This document shows positions 9,409-18,487 of a stretch of DNA of 51,081 nucleotides, piece after piece. The stretch is from positions 1-51,081 of the IMG/VR virus record IMGVR_UViG_3300037722_000278. One strand, given 5' to 3'. Source of the stretch: a virus (taxonomy: Duplodnaviria > Caudoviricetes). Numbering within the stretch: the first letter of the stretch is position 1; the number at the start of each line of letters is the position of its first letter. The position numbers were made by a program, and so were the translations under genes. The notes under the pieces were generated by a model. That model did no database searches and was not told where the DNA came from. It saw only the letters and a program-made list of their open reading frames with translations.

Positions 9409-10346
9409 ATGTCCAGCCCTCTCGCCTTGACCGCCTGGAAGGCGGCATCCTGACGCTTCTCCATGTAGCGCTGAGTCGTCCCCAGGTTCGAATGACGTAG
9501 GGCGGCTGAGATCTCTTCGATGGTGGCGCCACGCTCCTCGAGCATGTTGGCGAAGCTCCGTCTCATGTCATGCGCCCGGAAGACGATCCCAGCTTTCCCG
9601 GCGGCCTCCCTGATGATCTTCCCGACCATGTCCCCGGTAATCGGCGTGTCCCAGAGGACACTCCTCTCCCATCCGCTCCGAAAGTCGGTGGTCACCCGGA
9701 TCTTCGGAATCACCGGTTCGGAACCTTGCAAGTCACCGGTTCCATATCCGAGACCTTCGAGAGCCTCGTCATGCCACAGCTTGAACCAGGGGAGCGTCCC
9801 GCCAGTGATGAACAGGCTGGCACGCTTCTGGCCTTTGCCGACGATGTTGATGGACTGACGGTCGAGGTCGACGCCACTCCAGGTGAGCCCGGCTATCTCG
9901 GCCCGTCGTAGGCCGACAGTGAATCCGAGCCTGGCAATCATCATGGTCCTCCGGCCAGTGACCGTCTCCGTGTCGATCGAATCGAACACCCGGGGCATGT
10001 CGTCGAGGCCGAGCCAGTGATGCTCGGTGACAGGCTTCGACTGGGATCCGGGGACGAGCCTCTTGAGGTTGACGCTGGGGTCTTCGATGATGAGTCCCCG
10101 CCAGTTCGCCCAGGAGAAGAACCCGTGGATCCTCGTCCGGTAGCCAGCCTTCGACGCAGGGCTGAGGTGTGGCCTGCCAATGAAGCTGACGAGGTCGTCT
10201 TCGGTGAAGTCGACGAGGAGCTTGTCTGGGTTGTGGAGCTGGAGACTACGTAGGACGACCCGGTAGCCGGCCCGACTGGACTCGGTGTTTAAACCGCTGG
10301 TCGGGTCGGTGATGTACGAGTTGACCGCATCCGGGTAGAGCCTCAT
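9405..10346 (-). CDS. Tyrosine recombinase/integrase (XerC/D-like)
   Basis: Catalytic set GLRRAEI (R), GKGQK (K), HDMRR (HxxR), LRH (H), TQRY (Y); N-terminal core-binding domain. Confidence 0.93.
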   Translation of the reverse strand: MRLYPDAVNSYITDPTSGLNTESSRAGYRVVLRSLQLHNPDKLLVDFTEDDLVSFIGRPHLSPASKAGYRTRIHGFFSWANWRGLIIEDPSVNLKRLVPGSQSKPVTEHHWLGLDDMPRVFDSIDTETVTGRRTMMIARLGFTVGLRRAEIAGLTWSGVDLDRQSINIVGKGQKRASLFITGGTLPWFKLWHDEALEGLGYGTGDLQGSEPVIPKIRVTTDFRSGWERSVLWDTPITGDMVGKIIREAAGKAGIVFRAHDMRRSFANMLEERGATIEEISAALRHSNLGTTQRYMEKRQDAAFQAVKARGLDI

Positions 10347-10504
10347 CGCTTCTTCTCCGGGGTGATGTACGCCCAGCCGCAGTCCTGGTGACGATGCTCG
10401 AACCCTTGCGGCGGGTATCCCCGAGCCTCATCGGCTGCGTGGCAGATGTTTGCGGTGAGACCGATATACCAGGCGGCGTGACAGATGTACCTGCGGAGCG
10501 TCAT
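10343..10504 (-). CDS. Hypothetical protein (53 aa)
   Basis: Translated by hand; ATGA overlaps at both ends. Confidence 0.45.
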   Translation of the reverse strand: MTLRRYICHAAWYIGLTANICHAADEARGYPPQGFEHRHQDCGWAYITPEKKR

Positions 10505-10719
10505 GCTGCCACCTCGTCGAGAGCCGACCGGTGCTCGTCGCAGTAGCCGACAGGGATCGTGAACTTGATCTCAGGCCGTCTCAGGTCAGCAGTCACGACC
10601 GCCTGCTTACGCCGGCGCCGGTCTTCGACCTGGCAGCGGATGCAGAACCGGGGGTTGTCCTCAGACCAGAACGCACCGTCGGGATGCTCGACGATGTTCG
10701 AAAAGTAGAAGCTGCTCAA
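10501..10719 (-). CDS. Hypothetical Cys/His protein
   Basis: CxxC...CxxH; overlaps neighbours by 4 nt. Confidence 0.55.
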   Translation of the reverse strand: MSSFYFSNIVEHPDGAFWSEDNPRFCIRCQVEDRRRRKQAVVTADLRRPEIKFTIPVGYCDEHRSALDEVAA

Positions 10720-10865
10720 CGCTGGACCTCCCAGTCGGTGAGGCTGGCGCCGGCAGTAGAGAGTTCGTCATGCTCGACGATCGAGTCGAGCCCGGTGTAC
10801 TCCCAATCGTCAGGCACTTCGATGTCGTAGTCAGCCGTGAATGTGGCTGTGACGTGGATCTGCAT
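10716..10865 (-). CDS. Hypothetical acidic protein (49 aa)
   Basis: Preceded by ACCCACAAGGAG RBS; MQIHVTATFTADYDIEVPDDWEY... Confidence 0.6.
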   Translation of the reverse strand: MQIHVTATFTADYDIEVPDDWEYTGLDSIVEHDELSTAGASLTDWEVQR

Positions 10866-11030
10866 GCGGTCTCCTTGTGGGTAAGGCTGGACTCGCTAGT
10901 TGACAAGTCCCGTTGACAGTATAGCACACCAGTCGGCTCCACCACAGGTGACCTCACCATTCCCAGAACCGGTCGGTATCCCAGACAGTGACAACACTAA
11001 CAGTTCGTGTTGTTACGTGGGAGCTGACGC

Positions 11031-11342
11031 TTATCGGCGACTGTTGTCTGGCTCGGGTGGTTCGCCCCAGTCGTTGAACCGGGAGACCCCATCGTAGTAC
11101 CGACCGTCGAGAGCGAAGTGGGAGATCATGGGGCAGACACGACCATGGTTCGTCCCGTATTCGATGTCAGGTCCGCAGAGGCAGGATCCCTCGGGAGTGA
11201 GTTCATGGACGAACTGCTCGTAGGGGAGGACATGAGTGGAGGTGATCCCCTGATCGTCCTGCGTTTGGAAGGTCTTCCACCCGGGCACCTCTTGGGGGGC
11301 TCGGGTCATTCCGCTAGGCATTGAGCCGCTCACCTGAGACAC
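11031..11342 (-). CDS. Hypothetical protein with His/Cys metal-binding motif
   Basis: HVLP...HE.....CLCGP......H..LDGR; start uncertain. Confidence 0.55.
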   Translation of the reverse strand: MSQVSGSMPSGMTRAPQEVPGWKTFQTQDDQGITSTHVLPYEQFVHELTPEGSCLCGPDIEYGTNHGRVCPMISHFALDGRYYDGVSRFNDWGEPPEPDNSRR

Positions 11343-11646
11343 GGCACCTTACGCACACGTTGAGCCACTCCCTGAACCGGGGGTCATGCAGCACGTCTTC
11401 AGGAACATGCCGAATCTGCCAGTCCCTGATCCTCAGCCCATAGGTAGGAGCGAATGGCCGGATCAGATACACCGGATAGTCCGGGCCCTCAGCCTGGATC
11501 TCCTCATGGACATGAAAGTTCGATCGAGTGACGACCAGTAGTGGTTCGCCCTCGTAGGCCTCCATGCCTTCGGGTAGCCAGAGGTCGTCTTTGCGCCACA
11601 TCAGATTCTGACCACCGGCCAGAAGTCGGTCGGATACCACCACCAT
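11314..11646 (-). CDS. Hypothetical protein
   Basis: ORF in minus-strand operon; start uncertain. Confidence 0.45.
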   Translation of the reverse strand: MVVVSDRLLAGGQNLMWRKDDLWLPEGMEAYEGEPLLVVTRSNFHVHEEIQAEGPDYPVYLIRPFAPTYGLRIRDWQIRHVPEDVLHDPRFREWLNVCVRCRVSGERLNA

Positions 11647-11886
11647 TGTGGCGGCGGCTGAGGCTCGTCGAAGATAGCAAGCTCTTTGAGAGCTTCCTCG
11701 ATCGGGTCAGGCTCAGGCATCACTAGTCCACCCGAAAGGTGTCGACGATGGTCGAGACCATCCCGCAGGCGCACGCCTGGACAGCCACATACTGCTTGAT
11801 GTCCCCTCCAAGATCAGCACCGAAGAAGATCTGGCCTTGCGGAGTGTGCCGGCCTCGTTCGCACAGCCTGAGCCGCAGCCAGCGTC

Positions 11887-12162
11887 TCACACGTACTTGT
11901 CGAGCCGGCGGCCATCATTCCGCCGGCGCCCTCCGAACATCTGCTCGAGTTCCGTCTCCGACAGGTATTCGACAGTCTGCTCGAGGAGCTTGGCCGCCAC
12001 CTTGTCGTGGTAGTAGCAGTAGCCGCTGGGGCCTTTTGGCTGGGGGCAGGTGCCTTCCTCGACAGGATAAGAGCAGGTCATTGAAATCGGTCCGATGGGA
12101 ATCGGGATCCGAGAATGGCGATCCGACCGTTGAACCGAGACCGGACTAGGTCGTCGAACCAC
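11887..12162 (-). CDS. Hypothetical zinc-finger protein
   Basis: C..C..CYYH motif; true start probably downstream (MTCSY). Confidence 0.45.
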   Translation of the reverse strand: MVRRPSPVSVQRSDRHSRIPIPIGPISMTCSYPVEEGTCPQPKGPSGYCYYHDKVAAKLLEQTVEYLSETELEQMFGGRRRNDGRRLDKYV

Positions 12163-12238
12163 TCTTGGACCCTGCGGTTGTGCTCAGTGTCCCTTGGTAG
12201 AGGGCCGTCGAGATCCTCGACGATGATGGGCTTCTCGC

Positions 12239-12541
12239 TCATTCGAACCCCAGTTCTTCAGCCAGCGTCGCCAGCTCCGCACGGAGCGAGACGACCGCAC
12301 GCTTGTACACGTCATGGACTGACTGGCGGGATCGGCCGAGCATCTCAGCCACTTCCACCTTCGTCATCGAACCCCAGACGAGACATTCGACAACCGTCCG
12401 CTCATCCTCCGGCAGGTTCTCGACCGCATCCTTGATCCGTTCGACGAAGATCGGGTCGAGACTGCTCTCGTCGACACCAGGAATGAGATCGAACATCCAT
12501 GGTTCTTCGAGATGTTGGGGGTCCACGACTAGCTCCCTCAC
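12239..12541 (-). CDS. Sigma-70 region-4-like HTH protein (stand-alone)
   Basis: AVENLPEDERTVVE....GSMTKVEVAEMLGRSRQSVHDVYKRAVVSLR is a sigma r4 signature; no region 2 present. Confidence 0.8.
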   Translation of the reverse strand: MRELVVDPQHLEEPWMFDLIPGVDESSLDPIFVERIKDAVENLPEDERTVVECLVWGSMTKVEVAEMLGRSRQSVHDVYKRAVVSLRAELATLAEELGFE

Positions 12542-12744
12542 TCGATGCCCAAGTACTCCGAGGCCAGGGTGAGGGCACGCTTCCGACGGTCATTGGTGGA
12601 GATCCACCCGGAGAGGAATCCACCTTCGAGAGTCCGCACCGCATTGACAATGGTGCTGACAACCACGAGATCCGTGTCGACCGGTTTGAGAGCAGCACCC
12701 AGCTTCTCCCGGGTCATGCTCGTCGTGATCTTCGTGTCGCTCAT
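12538..12744 (-). CDS. Hypothetical protein
   Basis: 4-nt overlaps in operon. Confidence 0.55.
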   Translation of the reverse strand: MSDTKITTSMTREKLGAALKPVDTDLVVVSTIVNAVRTLEGGFLSGWISTNDRRKRALTLASEYLGIE

Positions 12745-13031
12745 GCTGCACCCGAGAGATCGTCGGTCAGGTCAGGCAGCTCGCCATAGTCGATGTCGGC
12801 CGGGCTCGGCGTCAGATCAGGCCCCACCACCGGGGTCAGTATCTGATCGATCGAGGTCTGCCCTGGCAGCTCCGGCGGGAGGTCCAAGGCCAGCTCGTCG
12901 GGAATGGTGGCGTCGAAGGTGGCCAGGTATTCGACCTGGCTGGGGCCTTCGCTGATCAGTTCGACGCTGGAGGCGGGAGTGCCGAACTCTGCGCCGGCAG
13001 GGAACAGGACAATGGTCGGGTCTGTGCTCAT
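12741..13031 (-). CDS. Hypothetical acidic protein
   Basis: 4-nt overlaps in operon. Confidence 0.55.
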   Translation of the reverse strand: MSTDPTIVLFPAGAEFGTPASSVELISEGPSQVEYLATFDATIPDELALDLPPELPGQTSIDQILTPVVGPDLTPSPADIDYGELPDLTDDLSGAA

Positions 13032-13276
13032 CGTGGGTTCCTCGTCCGATGATGGAGGGCCACATATAGGGCATCTCCTGGGGTGAAGGCTCCATAAGCC
13101 TCAGTCCCCACCTCGACCGTCCATTCAGCGATATGAGGGTCGCTCTGCTTATGGAAGTGCAGGCTCCATTCTTCGTGGTCGTCCGACATTGCTCGGATGC
13201 GCTCCACTGCTTGCAAAGCATGGATCACATCGATCCTGGCGCTCGTTTCGGTGATCTCGGTCCTGTCGCTCATCAT
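13028..13276 (-). CDS. Hypothetical protein
   Basis: 4-nt overlaps in operon. Confidence 0.55.
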   Translation of the reverse strand: MMSDRTEITETSARIDVIHALQAVERIRAMSDDHEEWSLHFHKQSDPHIAEWTVEVGTEAYGAFTPGDALYVALHHRTRNPR

Positions 13277-13509
13277 GGGTTCCTCAGTTGGAAGACTCTC
13301 TCGGAGACCTCGGCGTAGGCCTCCTTGAGGCTCACGGTCAGGTCTCCGAGGATCGGATCGGAGGAACGCAGGCGTCCGAGGTTGAAGTTCAGGAGCTGGG
13401 TCAGGCCGTAGTCCTGTAGGTCCGTGTCCGCAAAGAACTCTTCGACTTCGACCGGGTCGTCCGGGTCGAAGAGCGGGGCTGGGAACCCGTCTTTCGCTGG
13501 TTTGGGCAT
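13273..13509 (-). CDS. Hypothetical protein
   Basis: Preceded by CCCACAAGGGAG RBS. Confidence 0.6.
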   Translation of the reverse strand: MPKPAKDGFPAPLFDPDDPVEVEEFFADTDLQDYGLTQLLNFNLGRLRSSDPILGDLTVSLKEAYAEVSERVFQLRNP

Positions 13510-13532
13510 TTGCTATCTCCCTTGTGGGTGGG

Positions 13533-14147
13533 TCAGGGCTGATACCCTGGGGTGGAACTGGAAGCTCCCGGCTCCCAGACTTTCGGCGGACTCAGGAACC
13601 CGGCATTACGCAGGGCCCTCCGCAGTTCGACATGCTGTACGACGTCGGCACTGACACGCTCGGCCACCAGCTCCAGGCCTCGAGGTGTGAGCCGGTTCGC
13701 CTCCCGCCAATCGCCCTGCGACATGCCCACCTTCGGTGCTGGTATCCCCAAGACCGACCCAAGATTCTCCTGAGACTTGGAAAGCCCGCTGAACCTGATG
13801 AGGTCGCCTTTCGTGTCCTGAGTCTGCTTCGGGTCGAGCGGCGGGAGCCCGAACTCGAGCATCGCCGAGTTGATGACAGGCAGGTCGAACCCTCGGATGT
13901 AATGCCCGGTGACGATCCCAGCCTGGTCGTACCTCTTACGGAAAGCCTTGAGCATCCTCTGCGACGAGCCTCGCCGGCGGTTGAGCAGCAGCACTTCGAG
14001 ATCCTGCATCTCATCGTTGACGATCCATGCTGAGGCGATGGCGGTCACTTCCTTGTGGACGAAGTCGCCGCCGTACCAGCCGAGAGGTCTCGCCTCAATG
14101 TCGAAGTCGAGGATGGCCGGACCGTCGAAGCCGATAGACAGAGTCAA
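13533..14147 (-). CDS. DEDD/RNase H-like 3'-5' exonuclease (YprB-like)
   Basis: ILDFDIE, GHYIRGFDLP and C-terminal R...DV motifs. Confidence 0.8.
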   Translation of the reverse strand: MTLSIGFDGPAILDFDIEARPLGWYGGDFVHKEVTAIASAWIVNDEMQDLEVLLLNRRRGSSQRMLKAFRKRYDQAGIVTGHYIRGFDLPVINSAMLEFGLPPLDPKQTQDTKGDLIRFSGLSKSQENLGSVLGIPAPKVGMSQGDWREANRLTPRGLELVAERVSADVVQHVELRRALRNAGFLSPPKVWEPGASSSTPGYQP

Positions 14148-14359
14148 TGCTGGATACCCTTGGGTAGTTCGAAGAAGTCGACCGGGTTGAGCCTGAACGA
14201 CTCGCCGGATGCGAACGCCTCGTCGATGGCGGCCTCGATAACGGGCAGTGTTTCGTTGATCTCCCGCTCGGCGAGGATCGAGTATTTGAGACGTAGTGCC
14301 GCTCGAGCCACCTTCTTGGCTTCTTGGATCGTCATTTCCCGCTCGTCTTTACGACGCAT
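14144..14359 (-). CDS. Hypothetical protein
   Basis: ORF in operon. Confidence 0.5.
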   Translation of the reverse strand: MRRKDEREMTIQEAKKVARAALRLKYSILAEREINETLPVIEAAIDEAFASGESFRLNPVDFFELPKGIQH

Positions 14360-14543
14360 CCAGTAGCTCCTCTAGTTGGGCTTCCATTCGTTCGATCCGG
14401 GCCGCTCGTCTGTACGAGTCGACTCGAGCTGCCCTGGCGATCGGATCTCTCCAGTACCGACGCTGCTCGTAACGACGTTCAGTTTCTCGACCCTTCTCCG
14501 TGCGCTTGTAGCGAGCCTGGGCCTCCCGGTGAGCCTGGGTCAT
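14349..14543 (-). CDS. Hypothetical basic helical protein
   Basis: ORF in operon. Confidence 0.5.
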   Translation of the reverse strand: MTQAHREAQARYKRTEKGRETERRYEQRRYWRDPIARAARVDSYRRAARIERMEAQLEELLDAS

Positions 14544-14800
14544 GCTCTCGCCTGTCTGGCCAGTTGCCGGCGTGCATGCCGATTCGGGTGTGGTGTCGTC
14601 CAGAACTCACGTACGATCCCGGCGTTGTCGGTGTACCGGGGGAAGCAGAGGCATGGTCTGACTGGGAGTCGACACCAGGGCTGATGTCGGAAGGTGGTGT
14701 TGGTGCCGCCGCTTTCGATGACTTCTCGAGGACTGGGCACCGTGGTGGGGATCGATCGGTTGATCCACCATTCTCGAGCTGCCTGGATCGGGTTTCTCAA
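14540..14800 (-). CDS. Hypothetical protein
   Basis: H..WC....C.C motif and C-terminal NRHARR. Confidence 0.5.
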   Translation of the reverse strand: MRNPIQAAREWWINRSIPTTVPSPREVIESGGTNTTFRHQPWCRLPVRPCLCFPRYTDNAGIVREFWTTPHPNRHARRQLARQARA

Positions 14801-15048
14801 GAAACAGCCTCCCAGAGGTCTTCCAGGCCCTGCTCGAGAGTGTCGAGGGCCTTGCGTAGGCCTGCGATCTTCTTCCGGCTACGGGCGATGGCCCGTTTGG
14901 AGCCCCACGGGAACCAGAGTTGGATTCTCCGATCGCAGTCAGCGATTTTCAGAAGTGCCGACTCGTCCTGCCAGGGGGACGGCAGGTCCACGACGACATA
15001 CGAGTCGACCTCGGTGGAGGCGGGTTCGAGAAACCATCGTTGTCGCAC
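14797..15048 (-). CDS. Hypothetical protein
   Basis: LKIADCDRRIQL motif; coupled overlaps. Confidence 0.55.
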   Translation of the reverse strand: MRQRWFLEPASTEVDSYVVVDLPSPWQDESALLKIADCDRRIQLWFPWGSKRAIARSRKKIAGLRKALDTLEQGLEDLWEAVS

Positions 15049-15392
15049 TATGAGTCCGCCCGAGCAGCGACGAGGAGAACCTCGACGGTTCGCCCATCGT
15101 CGAGCATGTAGGCGTAAGCCTTCAGCAGGTTCTCGAGCTTGTCCATGAACTTGGCGAGCCCGCTATTGCAGCGGGCGCAGAGGAGACCTCGGACCTGGCC
15201 TGTCTTGTGGTTGTGGTCGACAGCGAAATGCTTCTTCGAAGTGCCGCCACCACAGATGGCGCAGACACCGCCCTGGGCTTCGAGGATCAGCTCGTACTCG
15301 TCGATGGTGATCCCGTAGGTGGTCTTCAAGTGGTAGTTGTGCTGCGACCTGCGCCGCTTGGCTGCACGTTCCCGCTCGAGCTTGGTTGCCAT
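15048..15392 (-). CDS. Recombination endonuclease VII
   Basis: YGIT..EY...LEAQGGVCAIC...AVDHNH.TG.VRGLLC..CNSGL. Confidence 0.92.
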   Translation of the reverse strand: MATKLERERAAKRRRSQHNYHLKTTYGITIDEYELILEAQGGVCAICGGGTSKKHFAVDHNHKTGQVRGLLCARCNSGLAKFMDKLENLLKAYAYMLDDGRTVEVLLVAARADS

Positions 15393-15445
15393 AGACCATG
15401 AATGACAGCCGTGTTATTCGCCGATTACACTGGTAATTGGGCGGT

Positions 15446-15465
15446 TTAGCTGACAGGTTCCCAAT
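15446..15465 (-). repeat. 20-bp element ATTGGGAACCTGTCAGCTAA (copy 1, minus strand)
   Basis: Exact reverse complement of 30031-30050; lies in an AT-richer intergenic gap. Confidence 0.85.
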
Positions 15466-15500
15466 AGCGGATCTGTACTAATCCGAACAGAATTAGTAGT

Positions 15501-15644
15501 TCAGACCCCGTTGACCAACAGGTCGTCGAGGTGGAACAGGGCGAAGGCCGCCTCGAACCCCAGCTCGATTTCCATCAGCTCGATCTCGGCGTTACCGCCG
15601 TGGTGGACGATGTGAACCGCTGTTGCGGTGCTGTAGTTCCTCAC
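15501..15644 (-). CDS. Hypothetical protein (47 aa)
   Basis: GTGA overlap with primase stop; translated by hand. Confidence 0.45.
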   Translation of the reverse strand: MRNYSTATAVHIVHHGGNAEIELMEIELGFEAAFALFHLDDLLVNGV

Positions 15645-16564
15645 AGGGTCCAGCCGTCGGCGACGGCTTCGGCCACCCGGCCACCCGGAACCTCGATCGG
15701 GTAGGAGGAAACTCGACCGTCCCCGAGCACCCAGTCCCTGGCCTTCTGGCCGGGCTCATCGTCGTCGGTAGCGATACCGACAGTCTCGAACCGGAGCATT
15801 TCCTCGAGGTACCGGTCTTTCAGTGTGCCGGCACCAGACGGCAGAGCGAGCACCGTGACGTCTCTCTTCGACTTTCTGCCGAGGAGCAGCTTGTTCATGA
15901 CCCAGGCGTCCGACTCGCCTTCGACGAGGATGGCGTGTGTGGCGTTCTCAGCCCACGGGTGAGGCCGGTAGAGGCCCACCGTGAAGGCGGAGCCGGTGAC
16001 GGCGCTCTTCGCTGCGTCAGGTAGGTGGCGGACTTTGATCCCCCGCACATACCTCACGTTGTCGTGAGGATTGAGGATTATGTGAGGTATCCACAGGTCG
16101 CCACTCTTGATGATCTTGCAGCCGTACGAGAACAAGTCATACACATGGAGAGTCGGCCACTTCTCCCCGACTACGGCCTTCCACTCTTCGAAATGCTCCC
16201 AGTTGGACTCCTCGACCGTCTTGAACTTCTCTGTCAGGTCGGGCGGCTCCCACGGCATGTCGTGAGCGTGGGCTCGAGGTTTGACGACGGCTGGCATGTC
16301 CCGGCCGAGAATGCGGAGGGCGTCCATATAGGAGGCGCCGGTGGCTGCCTGGACGAAGCTGATCTGGTCGCCTCCCTGGCCGGTCGCATAGTCATACCAG
16401 TCGAACTCGTAGACGTGGAGACTGGGAGTCTTCTCGGTGGGGTTGGCGAGCGACCGGATCTTGTGGGATCTGTCCGGGTCGGGCATTCCGCATATACGGA
16501 GGACTTCGGCCATGGTGACCGTCCGTTTGATGTCGTCCCGGACCCGGGCAAGCTCAGTGTCCAT
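15641..16564 (-). CDS. DNA primase (TOPRIM domain)
   Basis: N-terminal EKTPSLHVY...WYDY..G.GGD.ISFV (degenerate Zn-binding domain); ILVEGESD and ATDDDEPG motifs. Confidence 0.88.
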   Translation of the reverse strand: MDTELARVRDDIKRTVTMAEVLRICGMPDPDRSHKIRSLANPTEKTPSLHVYEFDWYDYATGQGGDQISFVQAATGASYMDALRILGRDMPAVVKPRAHAHDMPWEPPDLTEKFKTVEESNWEHFEEWKAVVGEKWPTLHVYDLFSYGCKIIKSGDLWIPHIILNPHDNVRYVRGIKVRHLPDAAKSAVTGSAFTVGLYRPHPWAENATHAILVEGESDAWVMNKLLLGRKSKRDVTVLALPSGAGTLKDRYLEEMLRFETVGIATDDDEPGQKARDWVLGDGRVSSYPIEVPGGRVAEAVADGWTL

Positions 16565-16654
16565 CAGGATCCTTCAACCACCGCCAGATCGCCTCAGAGC
16601 AGAGAATCCCTCGGTGGACTGGCAGCCAGCAGAAGTAGCAACGGATCTCGGCGG

Positions 16655-16984
16655 TCATACCGTCATCATCTCTCTCAGCCGTTTCTCCTGGGTGGCCTGG
16701 ACCTGACCCCAGAAGCCTGGAGTCCGATGCTGCTGCGCCCAGAAGCGCCGGTAGTGTTTGTGGCACATGCCTTCATGGGTGGCCTGCCGAGGACAGAACT
16801 CGCATTTGAGATCTCGGTTGTCGGTGAACAGGCGTGGCGGATCCTCCGGGCGTGCGATGTCTGCGCTTCTGGTCTTCCGGGCGTACCAACGCTGGTAGCA
16901 GCGTCGGCACAGGTGCCGGGAGTAGACAGGCTTCTCTCCGCATTCTGTGCAGAGGGCGCTGGGCGGATACTTCTTGGTGGACAT
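16655..16984 (-). CDS. Tandem zinc-finger protein
   Basis: CTEC...LCRRCYQR and CEFC...MCHKHYRR; TGATG-coupled start at 16984. Confidence 0.6.
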   Translation of the reverse strand: MSTKKYPPSALCTECGEKPVYSRHLCRRCYQRWYARKTRSADIARPEDPPRLFTDNRDLKCEFCPRQATHEGMCHKHYRRFWAQQHRTPGFWGQVQATQEKRLREMMTV

Positions 16985-17307
16985 CAGGCTTCGAGCCACC
17001 TCTTGGCCTCGGTGCCAAGCTGGACCACATCCCTCACCCTGAGGATTGAGGAGAGGTCGAGGGAGGCCACGTCGATTTCATCGGCCACCTCGCCGACCTC
17101 CTCCATGAGGATCATCAGCCAGGTGAAAGGGTTGTGGTTTTGGGCTCCCCACTTCTCGTTCTGCTGGTACCTCTCCTCGTGGACTTCCCTGAGGATGATC
17201 TCGGTGCGGGAGAGGGTGGCGCCGATACCACTGTCCATGTCCTCGACGATGGCCACGGCCACCGCTGCCACTTGGATCAGCTCAGCCCGCTGGTTCTCGA
17301 CGCTCAT
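16984..17307 (-). CDS. MazG-like nucleotide pyrophosphohydrolase (apparently circularly permuted)
   Basis: Contains ER.QQ..KWG.Q, WLMILMEEVGEVA and ELIQVAAVAVA motifs. Confidence 0.75.
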   Translation of the reverse strand: MSVENQRAELIQVAAVAVAIVEDMDSGIGATLSRTEIILREVHEERYQQNEKWGAQNHNPFTWLMILMEEVGEVADEIDVASLDLSSILRVRDVVQLGTEAKRWLEA

Positions 17308-17876
17308 GCTGCCCTCCTCAGCAGGGACAGCAGCTCATTCTCCAAATCGTCGAGAGTCCCGTCGTTCTCGATGATCAGGTTCCAGTCGGCGTCGGCGAGA
17401 GCTGTCTCAGAAATGTGGTTGCCTGCGCCGGCGCCAGGCCTGGTGAGCTTCACCATCCAGGCGCCCCACTCGGCGAGCCGATCGAACTCGTTCGGGAACC
17501 TGACATCGGAGATGACGAAATCCCTGTTTGAGGCGACGTTGGCGATCTTCTCGATGATGGGGGTGACCCAGACATCCTCGCCGAGGTGGTCTCGGGCTGC
17601 GACGCCGAGATTCTGGAGGAACCGGCGCACCTCGGGCATCAGCTTGGCAGTCTCCCAGCCGGCAGCCACGAACTCGTCGAGACGTTCCAGAGTGATGGTC
17701 CCGGGCTCCTCGGCTGGGCCGGTGGCCTTGTGGACAAAGACGACCGGGTTGATGGCGAGGGCCATCTCCTTCAGCGTGTCCGCAAACGCCAGCCGCTCGA
17801 ACCCGTACTTCTCGACGAGGATCGCAGCAGCCGTGTCCTTGCCCACCTGAGCCTGATGTCCGAGACCGATAATCAT
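17304..17876 (-). CDS. Deoxynucleoside monophosphate kinase
   Basis: IIGLGHQAQVGKDT P-loop; AFAD.LK, R..LQ.LG...R, ISDVRFPNE, HISE and NDGT motifs. Confidence 0.9.
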   Translation of the reverse strand: MIIGLGHQAQVGKDTAAAILVEKYGFERLAFADTLKEMALAINPVVFVHKATGPAEEPGTITLERLDEFVAAGWETAKLMPEVRRFLQNLGVAARDHLGEDVWVTPIIEKIANVASNRDFVISDVRFPNEFDRLAEWGAWMVKLTRPGAGAGNHISETALADADWNLIIENDGTLDDLENELLSLLRRAA

Positions 17877-18487
17877 GCTGCCCTCCTCGGGCTGTTCTCT
17901 TGGATCCTGATGGCGGTCAGGGCGCCAGCCCAGCCGACAGCCCGGATATGCCCGCCAGGATCGTCAGGGACTGCCCTGTTCCATGGCTGGTCGAAGAGCA
18001 GGTTCATCGCTCCGGGCTGAGTCCACTCCATGTCAGGCTTGTCATCGATGACAATGTCGGCCGGGTAGGCAGACTTCCCATGCTTCGACCCTGTGAACAC
18101 CATCTCGAGCTGGTCGAGGCCGATGTTCTCGTGGTACCAGGCGAGAGTGTCGACCTGCGCTCTGTACGTCTTGCTGCTGCCCTTGAGGATCTTGTTCGTG
18201 ACGATCCGTACCCGGTGCCCATCATTGACGAGTGATCTGACAGCATGGATAGCTCCCGGAACCTCCCCTGCGAGCTTGAAAGCGTTGGCGAAGACCGCCT
18301 CGTCGAACACCTGGTAGAAGTCCTTCTTGCTGACGTCGAGAGACTGGGCGAGATCCCATTCGATAAACGAGTCCCGGGTCATTTCCACGCCGAGCCTGTC
18401 TGTGAGGAACGGGATCATGAACCCGTGCCAGTCGTAGACGACTCCGTCAGAGTCGATGTTTATCACCATGTTGCTTTCAGGCTCCAA
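17873..18487 (-). CDS. 5'(3')-deoxyribonucleotidase, HAD family
   Basis: IDSDGVVYD, IVT, IDDKP and FDQPWN motifs. Confidence 0.88.
   Translation of the reverse strand: MEPESNMVINIDSDGVVYDWHGFMIPFLTDRLGVEMTRDSFIEWDLAQSLDVSKKDFYQVFDEAVFANAFKLAGEVPGAIHAVRSLVNDGHRVRIVTNKILKGSSKTYRAQVDTLAWYHENIGLDQLEMVFTGSKHGKSAYPADIVIDDKPDMEWTQPGAMNLLFDQPWNRAVPDDPGGHIRAVGWAGALTAIRIQENSPRRAA

Noticed and set aside
16025-17374. Long antisense ORFs (for example 16025-17374 +, 30571-32052 -, 39503-40570 -, 42021-43109 -)
   Set aside because: Shadow ORFs opposite well-supported genes, as expected in high-GC DNA; no motifs or RBS.
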